Shown piece by piece: positions 1 to 12,497 of a DNA stretch of 64,000 nt. How positions within the stretch are numbered: position 1 is the stretch's first letter; every line of letters begins with the position of its first letter. Under the pieces are notes generated by a model, which was given only the letters and a program-made list of their open reading frames with translations, was not told the DNA's origin and searched no databases. The stretch is from Lepidodermella squamata (taxonomy: Eukaryota; Animalia; Gastrotricha). A program made the translations under genes and the position numbers. Location: the NCBI GenBank assembly GCA_047495785.1, contig JBLDXI010000007.1, positions 992,001 to 1,056,000 of the forward strand. Reading direction: 5' to 3'.

Positions 1-1113
1 AATTTTTCAATTTTCTTTCGATGGCCGGTTTGATGCGAGCTGAATCCTGCCAGAACCCAGCTTGTTATTTACATTTAATTGATTTAATTGAGCTAAATTT
101 TGCATTTCGAAGTATCTTCTCTATTAATATTTCCAACTTTCCGTGTCGCTGTGTAAACAACGGACGAGAACGTTGTGTTCGGGAGGCAATCTTTGCAAGT
201 CTCGTTTTGTTAACAACAAATAAAAAATTAAGTTAACAACTCGTCAACAAATTGTTAACAATAGAGCAGGCCTATCAAGGTTCCCAAGGCTGCTTTGCTG
301 AGTTCAGTGTTCCGTCTCCGATAATTGCCAAGCATATGATTAAAATAATTGTTCACGCGGAGATGGTGTCGCGAGCCCGGCGCTTAAGCAATCAAGAATG
401 TCCCCAGCTAAAATCATCGCAACTCATGCATAGAAAATCAGCGAATTTACGCTATACACCAATTCAATCGTTTACAACATAACCTACGACCCTGATCTAA
501 CACTCCTGGCATGAATAAATGACCATGCGGCATGGGGTTGGCAAGGGGATGGAGTGAAACTCAATGAAAGAACAATGGTCTTCAATTACATTCCTAGTTT
601 CGGACATTTTTCAGAAAGTGCGTGCTCGCCCTTTTGCGAAAAAATCCAAATTGAAAAACAACCCCTCATCCATACTTACGTGCAATTATAATTTGAGGTA
701 AACTTCCAAAATATGATTTATTAAATTTTGAAAAGAAACACCGTACTCAGCTCGTTAGGCTCTTACAATTTGAAGAAATAATTATTCTGGATTTTCTGAA
801 GTTAAAAATTTACTGCTCAAAACACTGAGTGTCGTAGTCGATAGCAGAGAAATTCAGGGCCTTTTTAACCTGGAAAAAGTCGAATTCCCGTAAAATTACA
901 ATTTGTGAAGGTCAAATCTCGAAAAAACTGTGCAGGTAGACCGGAGTCTGTTAAGCTACCGATAATTAAGGCGGGCTCGGTTACCTAAAAAACCAGCGAT
1001 AAATGCTTTTGGGTTTTATTCGCGCTTGACACAAACCTCAATTTGTAAAACAAATAAAGTAAAAAACGTAAATATTAATGTTTTCGAATTATGTCGCTAT
1101 ATCTGAAGCTATC

Positions 1114-1416
1114 TCACGAAGACTTCGCCTTATTTTTGCTGCCGAAAGTGCTGGCGTAAGAACTGCGCGAACCGCTCGACGGGCCGAAAATCAAGCGGCT
1201 ACGGCGTTGCACGGCGATTAGCGGAAATTCAGACATGATGTCGCTTTCGCTGAAGGCTGTTTCAGGCGCCTGTTCCTCGCCATTATCTTCAATCACCGCT
1301 GCATCGTCTGTTTGGCTGCCCCTCGATTCACCAAGACTATTCGCCAGCCAGAAAGCTTGAGTCGATACACAAAGACAACCGATAACCAAAGCGATAACTG
1401 CGAAATTGCTGATCAT
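1114..1416 (-). CDS. Small secreted prepropeptide (signal peptide, acidic pro-region, RRSR furin site, cationic 26-aa C-terminal peptide)
   Basis: ORF MISNFAVIALVIGCLCVSTQA (signal-like), D/E-rich middle, QRRSR then LIFGPSSGSRSSYASTFGSKNKAKSS. Confidence 0.65.
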   Translation of the reverse strand: MISNFAVIALVIGCLCVSTQAFWLANSLGESRGSQTDDAAVIEDNGEEQAPETAFSESDIMSEFPLIAVQRRSRLIFGPSSGSRSSYASTFGSKNKAKSS

Positions 1417-2023
1417 TTTCGAGATATTTCTATGTTAGGTATAACCAGGATAAACAGAAGCAAATATTTAGAACGAATTTTTAGGAAAAACAAGAAGATT
1501 TGACGCGCCACTGGTGACTTTGAGTGTTATTTTGGTGCGATCATGTGGTGTTTACCGCCGCCTTCAATACCATTTAGCCTGATGATACGGCGGGATATTA
1601 TTTCTGCGCCGATGAGCCGCCTCGGCCATAATTGCGTTTTGCGCTGATGCGTAAAAAACACTCCTTCAGGGATTGATGCCCGCAAAATAATCAACGCCCC
1701 ACACTCGGGCGAGGACAGCCTCCATTGATTTTTTTTCGGCGTGCGTGTGGAGGATTGCGTGAACTTTAATTCGAAGTTTTTTATTCATAAAAAATTGTGA
1801 AGGCGGATTCGTATTTTATGATCCCATCAGAAAAATCTTGTTACCATAAAATTTTATAAAAACATTGTTTTATTTTGATTTCCTCTCGTTTTTAAAATTG
1901 GATTGTTTGTATGAGGCCAAAGCTAAAATCGAGCAGATGAGGAAAGGAGTAGGTAGAAAATGCTTGCTAATCACGGTAAATTACGCTAAAATACGAGCAA
2001 ACAATTAAAGCGGTGTCTTAAAA

Positions 2024-3378
2024 TTAATTGGCATGGCGACGTTTGCGGCCGTAGATGGCAGGGTAGCCGAATCCAGTGTTAACAGCGCCGTAGCCGAGGC
2101 CGACACCGTAGCCTGGGTAGCCGTAGCCATAACCGAGACCGCCGACAAACGGAGCACCAACAAGTCCACCGGCTGAAATGATCGAAAATTACGAAAAATT
2201 CACGGAAAAAATTGGTAATAAATACCCAGAATTTGACGCTTTTCCTTGTGATGCTCATCATGTTCGTGGTGTTCGACGTCATCGGTATCGCGACGCTTGC
2301 GGCCATAGATAGCCGGGTATCCGAAACCGGTGTTAACAGCGCCGTAGCCGTAGCCAAGACCACCATAGCCGAGACCGCCGTAGCCGAAACCAGGGTAGCC
2401 AACACCGCCGAGCAGAACCTGGCGCTTGTCCTTGGGCGATTCGACGTCTTCAGTATCGCGGCGTTTGCGGCCGTAGATGGCAGGGTAGCCGAAGCCAGTG
2501 TTCACAGCGCCGTAGCCGAGACCGCCGTAACCAAGGCCGCCGTAGCCGAAGCCGCCGTAGCCGTAGCCCGGGTAGCCGAAACCGATCTGGCGCTTCTCCT
2601 TGATGTGTTCGGACACGTCATCGACATCACGACGCTTGCGGCCGTAGAAACCACCGACAGCTGGGTAGCCAACGCCAACGACGCCCGGGTAACCGTAGCC
2701 GTAACCACCGTAGCCAAGTCCGCCATAGCCAATACCGCCGTAGCCAGGGAAGATCTGTCGCTTCTCCTTGTGCTCTTCGTGGCTTTCGACATCTTCAGTA
2801 TCGCGGCGTTTGCGGCCGTAGAAACCTGCGCCGTAGCCGAGACCACCGTAGCCATAGCCCGGGTAGCCGCCGAAACCGCCGTAGCCATAGCCTAGACCAC
2901 CGTAGCCAACACCACCGTAGCCAGGGAAGATTTGACGCTTCTCCTTGTGTTCTTCGTGGCTTTCGACATCTTCAGTATCGCGGCGCTTGCGGGTGATGAA
3001 ACCAGGGAACGGATAACCAAAGCCAGGGTAGCCGAAGCCCGGGTAACCGTAGCCTGGATAGCCGAAGCCAGGGTAGCCATAACCAGGGTATCCCCAGCCG
3101 AAACCAGGGTAAAGATGGCGTTTCTCCTTATTGTCGTGGTGCTCAAGTTCAGCGTCTTCATCGACAGCCTCGCGACGTTTGCGGCCAAGAAGAGCAGCGC
3201 CTGGAAGGACACCGACGCCACCAGCGTAGTAGCCCGGGTAGAAACCACCGCCGTAGAAGCCGCCGTAGTAAGGCAGGCCGCCGTAAATTTGCCGCTTGTC
3301 GTGTTTGCTGGCGTGGTGGTCTTCATCGGCGAAGCAGGCCGATGCCGCTAGAAGAACCGCGAAAATAGCTATCCTCAT
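2024..3378 (-). CDS. Gly/Tyr-rich multi-peptide precursor (~433 aa, 7 peptides; 2 exons, intron 2173-2225)
   Basis: Signal peptide MRIAIFAVLLAASACFA; repeated [acidic/His spacer]-KR-Q..(GY/GF-rich)..G-RKRR units; GT..CAG 53-nt intron restores the 7th repeat ending GYPAIYGRKRRHAN*. Confidence 0.9.
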
Positions 3379-4753
3379 TGCTAAAACAAAGTGACTGAAA
3401 GATGGTGATGTTTTAATCGAGTCGAAACGACTGATGATTGAGCAGGTTGTTGAGGCGTGTATTTAAATGCTGGAATTGGCGACATTTGACCTGCAAATCA
3501 CGTGCGGGGAGGCCGCCAATCAGGCGACACGTGCGGCACGTGTCTGAAAATTCGCGCGTTGTCTAAAAATAGTTTTCCAGTTCAGGTGTTTACGTCCGAA
3601 TACATAAACCTGGAAACGAAAAGCGTACTCGAAAAGTTGAATCAGTTTTTCAGAATTTTTCTCTTACGGAAAAAAATCAGAAAAATTTCAGTTTTTTAAT
3701 AGGCCGTTTCGACAGAAATTTATTAAAAGGCCCTACTCCCAATTTTCTCGTCCTCCAAGAGTTTCCGGGTCGCGAATAATCTAATTCCCGATAAAGGACA
3801 GAAGAATTGTGATATTCCAAAAGATAGATTCAATAGATTTTCAACTGGATCGGTCCAGAACGGCATTCTGCAGCGTGGCCCGTAAGTAACGCAAGCAAAG
3901 AAAATACACAGAAAAGCATTCAGAAACTCTAAAATTAGAGAAAAATTCAAAAAATCACGAGAATAGTAATAAAGTAATTCACTTGTCAGTGGGATAAAAA
4001 TCCGGAGAAATTTGGTCCACCTAGGTAAAATACCGAAAATTACCGAACCAGTTACCATCGGGGTTTTCCGGGTTTTCTCCGGTAAATATTTGATATCTTC
4101 GCTCAAATCGCGGACAAAAGATGAAATATTCTCTCGGTAGGTTCAATTTTAATAAATTAGTTGAATTTCCTATACAAAATTTAACAATACTTAAGGGACA
4201 CGCTGCATTTAGATTACTCCGGTTTATTATGATCATTCTAACTCTCAACTTCGATAGGGCGACCGTACCGTAGTTCTGATAGTTAGCACGAAAACTCTAT
4301 TTTTTATAGTATAGAACTCGAAACGTCATGAAACCCGAAAAGAATATCCATTTGAGAAGAACTGGCAACTACGGAATCGTTGCTATTATACAGCGTTTAT
4401 TACCTGGTTTTGTGGCGATTTTTCTGAATTTTTTGCTGTCTTCACTTTTATATTAATAAATCCGCTGTTATGAGCTGAAAATATCGTTCACCGACTTATG
4501 AATCTCTCCCGTGAGTTGTAGCCAAACAATGAAAGAGTGAACAAAAAAAACGAAAAAACATCAAGCCAGATTTTTGTGTTTATTCAAGTGTCGATCAATT
4601 GATTTTCATGGCTGAATCTTTTCTAGAGAGGTACAAATGAATTCATAGAACAACGCTGTTAAAACCGATCATCTTATCATAACGATTATGCCAATTTTTG
4701 ATTTGAAAATTCGTTGAAACAAATGTCCATGAAGCGATGATTGAAGTGGCAGC

Positions 4754-5134
4754 TCACTTGCCGAGACCAGCAACCGGGGCCCACGGCATGACGACGCCGA
4801 CCGGCGAGTAGCACTGCAGCAGGTACAGCGAGGTGAACGTGCAGCAGACGGTCTGACCGGGCAGGTTGTTGAGGAAGGTGCAGTGGAAGGCCGGCCTTTC
4901 GGTGGGGCCGTAGGGAGTAAAAACAACGGCACGGTCGTCGGCGTTAACGGTCTCCACGAGGCCCTCCTTCAACTTGGCCTCCAGCTCGGCGTTGAGAGCT
5001 AGCGGGTTGGCAGTGGTCGCGTCTTCAGTGGTTTTCACAACGCTTTCAACGGTTTCATCAACAGCTGCTTCGCCAAGCTCGCGGGCGAAAGCAAACGGCA
5101 GGGCGATGAGCAGGAACAGAGCCAAGGTGTTCAT
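4754..5134 (-). CDS. Secreted prepropeptide with 4-Cys mature peptide and C-terminal GK amidation signal
   Basis: MNTLALFLLIALPFAFA signal; Glu-rich pro-region ending DDR; AVVFTPYGPTERPAFHCTFLNNLPGQTVCCTFTSLYLLQCYSPVGVVMPWAPVAGL-GK*; upstream 5'UTR intron (GAG|GTATAG...TTTCAG) and TATTTAAA. Confidence 0.8.
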   Translation of the reverse strand: MNTLALFLLIALPFAFARELGEAAVDETVESVVKTTEDATTANPLALNAELEAKLKEGLVETVNADDRAVVFTPYGPTERPAFHCTFLNNLPGQTVCCTFTSLYLLQCYSPVGVVMPWAPVAGLGK

Positions 5135-5787
5135 TTTGAATGAGATCTGAAACAAAAATACAAGCAATTTTTTTTTAAGAATTGATAGCGGTAAGGGTCC
5201 TATACCTCGTGAGTAGTAAGTGTTTTGAGCGATAAGTGAAAATGTAACTAAATCAATTGATGATTTCTTTAGGCTTAGGTACCGGTTTAAATACACGGCG
5301 CGAGGCGCGAAAACACCGGTGTTGCGTCATGCCTTTCATTGAGGTCCGTGTAGGTCGCGTGTCATTTAAAATGCTCTCGTGCCACATGTCGCATTAAAAT
5401 TAAACTGATCGCCTGGTTTCATCGAATAGCTCAAAGAAGGCGCGATTTTTCGTTTATGAATAAAAATTAGCACCACCAAAATTGAAATGTTCAGAGCACC
5501 TCATTAAACAAAATTTTAGTAACAAATTGTCTTACGAATTATTTTCTTTATTGATCGATGCACTCCAGGATTTTTATTGTAGCTACCTGAGGTGCCCACA
5601 GCTGTTTAGGCAGAAAATTTTTCAATTTTAGTTTCAAAAACTGCTGATATCGCTGATATCGATGATATCGACTGCTGATATCACTGATTCGTAAAATCGA
5701 TAATCGGTAGGTACCAGAAATCGATATCGGCTCTGCAGGCTGAAATATACCAATCGCCGATATCGCAAAAAAACGTGCATTAGTGAC

Positions 5788-8104
5788 GAATCGGTGTTAC
5801 TTCATACAGGGTATTTCAAACAGTGATAATTTCATACAGTGATAATTTCATACATTTTTACATTAAATCGTGACTATTTCATACAGTGTCAATCCGGACA
5901 ATGATTTTTCGAAAATATCAGTGGAAATCGTGATTATTTCGTACAAAACAAGGATTATTGATTTTAACTCATGAAATCGTGATAATTTCATACCGAAAAG
6001 GCGGGAGATGTAAATGAAACGCGTGTTAAACGAGCTATAAAGCGGCTCAGGAACCATAATCCAGCTTAATACCTCTTAATTGCTACTTACTCGCTACCAT
6101 GCTTTTCTCAATCTTACGGCATTTACTGTCTTTGTTTATCGTATGCGACGTATGCGGTAAGGATTGCCCCACTGAGCGCGGCTTGAAGATTCACAAGACG
6201 AAGATGCATCCAGGTAAATAGCCGGCCCAATGAGTAAAATTTGTAGCTAATAAGTCGCTGTATAGTAGGAAATGCCACACCGGCGTCTACATCTTCTACG
6301 CCGGCAATGAGCCGCCAAACTTCAGTTGCAATGGAGTTCGAGGACTCTATTCCCATGGCCTCATCCTTAGTCTCTTCATTCTCACAGAACGATGTCACCT
6401 TCAACATGAACAACTCGTTCATGCCAAGCGTCTCGTCTACTCCTGCCCGCCTCGCCGCCCCTGATCAAACCATGTTCCAGCCTATGTTTCAACAGTTCGC
6501 TCAGTTCATGAGATGGATGCAGCCAACTGCGGCTATGCAAGCCGGCCTGAGCTATGTCGTTATGTACTGGATAAAATCGGCGATCAGAACAGAAAAAGGC
6601 AAGTCTGTTCACGATGTATACAACGACAAGGTCGGGAAGATGTTGGACTTTGGCGAAGATCATGGTTTAGAACGGTCGAAACTAGTCACTGCTATTCCTT
6701 GCTACGAGAATTGCAAGCGGACGCTTTACCAGCACTTCGATCGCTGTCAACCGAAGAAGCCGAAAACCGTCGCCAAATGGTTCGATCAGCTTAGCTCAGG
6801 AGCCGAGAAGGTCAACCAGTATCGCTTCAACAGCCGCAACCAGCTCTTCCTTCGCCATTTCGAGATCGTTCGGAATATCAAGGTTCCCGGAGCATTCGCT
6901 GTTTACGCGACCGATGCTGATTTGATTCGGATGGCTCAGTCAACTAGGACGTTCGTAGATGGCACCTTCAAATGCGTGCCAATTATCTTTTACCAACTAC
7001 TCGTATTCTTGACTCTGTTGAAGGACAAATTTGCGGTTCCAGCGTGCTACGTCCTCATGACGAACAAGTCTCAAGAATTGTACGTCAAGGTCTTCCAGTA
7101 CCTCAAAGGCGAGATGCTCAATCTAGTTCCATCAATCACGCAACCGCTAACAACTTGCGACTATGAACTTGGCATGATGAATGCCTTGGCTCTGGTTTTC
7201 CTCTGCGACATAGCAGGGTGTCATTTTCATTACTGCCAAGCCGTTTTGAAATGGGTGCATGAGAACGGTCTATGGACCGATTATCTTCTGGTGGAAGGCG
7301 AAATTCATCGCATCGTTCGCCGTATAATGGCCATTCCTCTGCTGCCTATGGATCACATGAGACCCGCTTTTGATTTAATCTGGTTTGGCGCCCAACCCCT
7401 TATCGACCAATCCGAAAATTTGAAGAAATTTTTCGAGTACATCGATTCGTATTGGTTTAAAGTTGTAACCGAGGAGAGATTTTGTGTTTATCGAAAGGAA
7501 TTTCGCACTAACAACTTTGCAGAAGGCAACAACAACAAGATTAACACGAAGGTTGGAGTGAGTCACCCTAATGTCTGGCGCTTTTCGAATTCTATGCTCG
7601 AGCTAGAAAACGATTCTCGAGTTGTTATCGACCAAATCACCGCAAACACCTACAAGCCGGCTAGCTCCGGAATCAAGCTTTATGCAAAAATATCGAACTT
7701 GATCAAGCTGCGCTGGGACGAGTTCGATCAGAACAAGCTTACTCCAATTGAGTTCTTGGATGCGGTTTCCGATGCGCTTTCTCAACTCAAGGTGAAGAAG
7801 CCAAAGGCGAAAGAAGACTTTCGCGAACTGGCCCCTTTGGACTTTGTTGATCCTGAGGGTGAAAGTGAAGATGATAATAATGGTGATAAAGATGATGATT
7901 AACGGTTAAATCTGTTTTCGGGTTGTAGAGAAAATAAAGTATGAAATTATCACGATTTTCGTTGGTATTTTTTTCGTATGAGAATTATCACGAAAAAATC
8001 AGAAAAATGTCATGAAAATATCACGGAAATAATGTACGAGTTACTACTGGTTTTGTATGAAATTATCACTGTATGAAGTACCCTGCATGAACTAACACTT
8101 TTCC
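5788..8104 (+). mobile_element. Mutator-like (MULE) DNA transposon, apparently full length
   Basis: Imperfect TIRs (GAATCGGTGTTACTTCATACAGGGTA / reverse complement GGAAAAGTGTTAGTTCATGCAGGGTA), subterminal GTGATAATTTCATAC repeats, perfect 8-bp TSD TTAGTGAC at 5780-5787 and 8105-8112. Confidence 0.9.
6307..7902 (+). CDS. MULE transposase
   Basis: FVDGTFKCVP..FYQL, TCDYELGMMNAL, GCHFHYCQAV (CxxH), RTNNFAEGNN: intact DDE motifs; start codon uncertain. Confidence 0.9.
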   Translation: MSRQTSVAMEFEDSIPMASSLVSSFSQNDVTFNMNNSFMPSVSSTPARLAAPDQTMFQPMFQQFAQFMRWMQPTAAMQAGLSYVVMYWIKSAIRTEKGKSVHDVYNDKVGKMLDFGEDHGLERSKLVTAIPCYENCKRTLYQHFDRCQPKKPKTVAKWFDQLSSGAEKVNQYRFNSRNQLFLRHFEIVRNIKVPGAFAVYATDADLIRMAQSTRTFVDGTFKCVPIIFYQLLVFLTLLKDKFAVPACYVLMTNKSQELYVKVFQYLKGEMLNLVPSITQPLTTCDYELGMMNALALVFLCDIAGCHFHYCQAVLKWVHENGLWTDYLLVEGEIHRIVRRIMAIPLLPMDHMRPAFDLIWFGAQPLIDQSENLKKFFEYIDSYWFKVVTEERFCVYRKEFRTNNFAEGNNNKINTKVGVSHPNVWRFSNSMLELENDSRVVIDQITANTYKPASSGIKLYAKISNLIKLRWDEFDQNKLTPIEFLDAVSDALSQLKVKKPKAKEDFRELAPLDFVDPEGESEDDNNGDKDDD

Positions 8105-8475
8105 TTAGTGACACTTTTTGTTAGCCACTGAAATGAAATAATGAAAAATTGTGGTTCAAAGGAAAACGATGAACTCGAAAACCCGATTTTTTCCTTTATT
8201 TCCGGCTGAATTTCCGAGGCCTGAGTTTTCTCGCCCTTGGAGAGCATTCATTTCGCAATGTAAACGGCTGATCATTCTACACGAAAAATTAAGCCGTTCT
8301 GTGTTCCGAATCCCGCCATCGTCCATATTTGTCACACAAGTTAGGAAAGGCAATTAAAACTCGAATTTTTATTGAAATCCATCGAATATATTTTTTTTCA
8401 ACAGAAAACCTCATACTACGAGCTGATTTTTAAAACAGAATTTGTAAACGTTGAAATTATGAAATCATTTTTTTC

Positions 8476-10044
8476 TCATGCTCCTGGCAGCATGCCCAGG
8501 GTGCGCATTGCCACCTGGTCGCCAGTGTGAACAGCATCTCGTTCAGCCGAGGATAAAGCATGGCCGCAAATCAGAACATTGTCGATATTTCCCACGAAGC
8601 CGCCCAAAATTTGATCAGCACCAATAGTATACGGACAGTGGCCGATAAAAAGATCGCCGGAAACCGCGGCCGATGAAGCAAGATTCTGTAAAATTTGAAA
8701 AATTACAAAAAATTACGAAAAAAATCAGGTAATTACGCCATCAACGTAAACATTGACAGTTTCATCGAGCCAAATGACGCATGCTTGGTGCCAAGAATCT
8801 CCAGCTAAGTCTACACCGGTCGAATTGAATCGATTGAAGGCGGTTGTAGTCATGCCAGCTTCGAAATTTCGACCCTTAACGCCGCCATAGAACGTGAAAT
8901 GGGAATCTAACTCAGACGCTGAATTCCGATTAGATAAAATACCACCGTCGGCATTGCCGCTAAAAAATTCTAATAAAATCCGCAATTTTTAAATTCAAGT
9001 TCATACTAGAAACTGAAACACCACGACGCTTGATTTCTCGTTCCAGTAGCACCGAGATCGATCGATTTAAGACCCGGAATTTCAAGCCTCGAGGTTCCAC
9101 CTTTAACCTTGAGAGAGCCGCCACTTCCAGTTGCGGTCATACTCCCGTCGAAAGTCGCGCCATCAAATAGAAAAGTCGATAATTTCGAGGAAGATTGATC
9201 CAAGGTGTTAGCATCAAACGGCAGCCATAGCTGGCACAAATTGCCAGAATTATTATTCTGATACTCATCCAACTGGAACGTTGAGCAACCGCAACTGTCG
9301 AGATTGAAGCGTGACCCGGTTGCGCATTTAATTTTCAATGCATTGATTTTGAAAAAATTCGCGCCATCAGTGCCACGAATTACAGTACCGGCGGCGTCGC
9401 GGCAATGCGTCGAATTGATGCGTTGAACGTCGAGGCGCACCTCGCACGAATCGCGACACGTGAGATCGCGCTCGCAGATGCCACTTTCAGGGTTAAAACG
9501 GGTGAATCGTTCGCAACACACCTGCTCACGCGAGTCGCATTTTTGGTACGAATTACAAGGCTAAAAATAAAAAATAAAAAATTATTTGGCGTAAATTCAA
9601 ATATTATTATTAAAAATTAAATTAAATTTATTTTAAGGCAGATTTTTTCATAAAATAATGAAAAATATTCTATACCTGTCCGGCTTGATAGAACCGATTA
9701 GTTGTTGATTTGAGGCATGGGTGAGGTGAACAAGGCTCGTCTGGATCTTCCTCGATGCACGTCATGACCCGTTCATCAAAAGCCGTTCCATCAGCACACG
9801 GCCGAGCTAGACCTGTCGCATTGCCATCGTCTAAGAAAAAGCACTATCCCCTTCAATTAAAAAATGTAATAGACTGAGGTCATCACTTTCTTACCTGAAT
9901 AAAGGAGCGGCAGTCCTTGGGGTTGGCGTAGTGATCCTTCTGATTACGCCGTTCTCTACATTCTTGGCAGAATTCGTTAGGAAATTGAGCGAAAACAGCG
10001 CTAGCTAACACAAGGATAACTGAAGTGAAAGTTGATGTTAACAT
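8476..10044 (-). CDS. Secreted chitin-binding type-2 (peritrophin-A/CBM14) + LamG/concanavalin-A-like protein (Pif-like architecture), 5 exons
   Basis: Signal MLTSTFTSVILVLASAVFA; YANPKDCRSFIQC..RPCADGTAFDERVMTC; further Cys modules (KCATGSRFNLDSCGC); LamG: LWLPFD..WHQACV..VYVDG..FVGNIDNV; GT-AG introns keep frame. Confidence 0.85.
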
Positions 10045-12497
10045 GATTTTGTCTAAATTAATTGTTAAATTTCTAGACTCACCTCAAAATAAACAGTTGT
10101 TAATGCCTTTCTAGCGTGTGCTGTCCTGATGAAGATCGCGTGCGCCCCATTTATTACTTGCCTCAATAGTTCGATTAAAAACACAAAATATGAACATGAA
10201 AAATGACAAAAATTCAACATTTTGGTAACATCAGAACCGGTGACAATTGAGCAGATAAATTTAAATTAAATTAACTTAGTAATTTCAGAAACATTCAGTC
10301 GTCAGGAAACAAAGATGGTGAAAACAGTGCCATGCCGATTTTTTTACTCGATTCAGGTAGATCGGGTTGGGCAAAAAATTGAGACGATAAATGACAAGAT
10401 GTTATGAAGGGTAAACAACGTGGCTGTGTTTACGTTTTTCAATTCAATATTTATAGCAACGTGCTGAGGGCAAATTATTGATGACACTGCGTATAATAAA
10501 GCTTATACGATAGATGTTTCTAGGTCAGCAGACGTTGTTTGACGCGCGCTGCGAGAAAGGTCAATGTTCAATGACGTAAGTGATGATTCATGCAAGCGCT
10601 TATCAATCTAAAAATAGCTCGCGATGGCGATGAGCACAAGCTTGATTGAAGTGCTGTCAACAGATGCACACGACAATAGTTGAAAAGTAATAACGTGATT
10701 TTTGTTGCGTCTCAAGAAATAATACAAAGCTTTTGTCTGGGGCATGCTTCACGATACGTCGTTCCAGTTTTTAATTTTATGAATTTTTCAATGCCACGAA
10801 TCGAACAAACGAGTTACCCGTCGTTTTTACCTCGAACAACCGGCGATCTGTTATGGAGCGGTTAATTGAAAAGTAAGTAATCTAACATACCATGCTAGCC
10901 AATTAAAAAATTAAGCGAAGATCATAGGCTTAGGCATAGGCTCAATTTGCCCATCGCCCTACACATTTTCTAGTTGGAAATATTTCGAAATTTCGAGTGA
11001 AATTTTACCTTTTGCGTATGCGCGCTTGAAACATACTACTAAGGCATCATCAGTAGAGGTGGAAATGAACTTTTACCCAACGTTCGAACTCTTTAACATC
11101 CTTAATTTCTATAGTATAAAATTATTTTCTCGAGCTCTTTAATTTTTGTCTTGATTTATGAAAATATAATCTAGCTTATACAGCGTTGTTCTTGTTTTTT
11201 CCTCGAATAGCTTGAAAATATCGCCTAATTTGTTGGAAATAGAAAATAGGACTCGTCTTACTTTTCTCGCGTATTGCGGGGAAAAATTGACACACTGTCC
11301 ATCTGGACACTGTGACAGATTTGCAATTTACTAGAATTCGAAAATCTGCAAAAAGCAACCACGCGTTCGATTATAATATTAACCGCCATTTGTCTGTTTT
11401 CTTCTGCCTTGAAAATTGGCTGTATTTCAAAAAAACATGATACATTACGGGTCACTTTTAGAACTCATTTATTATTCAAATGTGACTTGGAAAAGTCGGA
11501 GTTGAAGAATATTTCTTAATTTTATAATGTTTCAACATCTCACGCCTAAAATGTCAAGCGTTTCATTCATGCCAAAATCTAGTAAAAGATCTGTGATGCG
11601 TCATTTTAATTATAATTTCCCTAATTTGCTCATTGCTCATTTGTCGTATTGCTCTTTTTCGTTGCTCTAATTATCGCTGTTAATTTGGCTGTTATTTTTC
11701 GCTTGCCGCTGATCTTCACAACTCCGCAATGCCTCGATAGAGTCATCGATTCCGGTGTTGAACCTGGTTTTTCCAGATGAAATATCTATCAACTAAGAGA
11801 CCTCTCGAGGACCTTCAAACTGGGGCACACGAAGATCCTTAATCGGTTTCCCTGAGCCTCTTTCAAGGTGTCATTTTCTTTCCTTTTTACTTTCTTTCAA
11901 GGGCTCAGCTATGAATCACCAACCTTAATTACTACCCCGGGTTTCATTAACCCGCAGCGACGATTTATTTCGTGAAAAAATCATTTCAGTAATGGTTGCC
12001 AATAGACTTGATTCGACGAGATTTTTAAGATGATTTCCCCTTAATGTTGGATTCTCTATTTTACTCTGTGTGAGAACTATTGCTGAATCCTTATCGATTT
12101 CGCACTCCTCAAATTCAACCAACACTGCAGCCTATAGAAAACGAGACCCTTATATGAGCAATCCATGGTAGCTTGTTTATTGGGTCATTTTGTGAAGCGT
12201 TTTAACATAGATAAGCTCAGGTATAATATCACCAGCAAAAAGTCGTTGTAATTAGTATCACCGTGTTTCGCCAAAATTACAATAATGTCGATAAAATCGT
12301 GATAATTAATCAATTGATAATACTAGGGCGTAATATAACAAGAAGGTTATTTAATTTTCGGTTGCGATGATTATGTTAGTTGTAGATTAATAATTATATT
12401 CAAGTAATAAACTGGAACACACTTATTATAAGAAAAATGACGCAGTGTGATTTAATAATTTTGATTTTTGCTTTGCATCTTTTCTTATCAGCCAGGA

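Noticed and set aside
2079-3351. Several Ala/Val/Thr-rich ORFs overlapping the Gly/Tyr precursor
   Set aside because: Antisense and alternative-frame shadows of the repetitive GGC-TAC coding sequence
5640-5765. GATATC/ATCG-rich short repeats
   Set aside because: Probably a decayed transposon end; no partner TIR or TSD found
11700-12140. Coding-like minus-strand stretch
   Set aside because: Multiple stops and no recognisable motif
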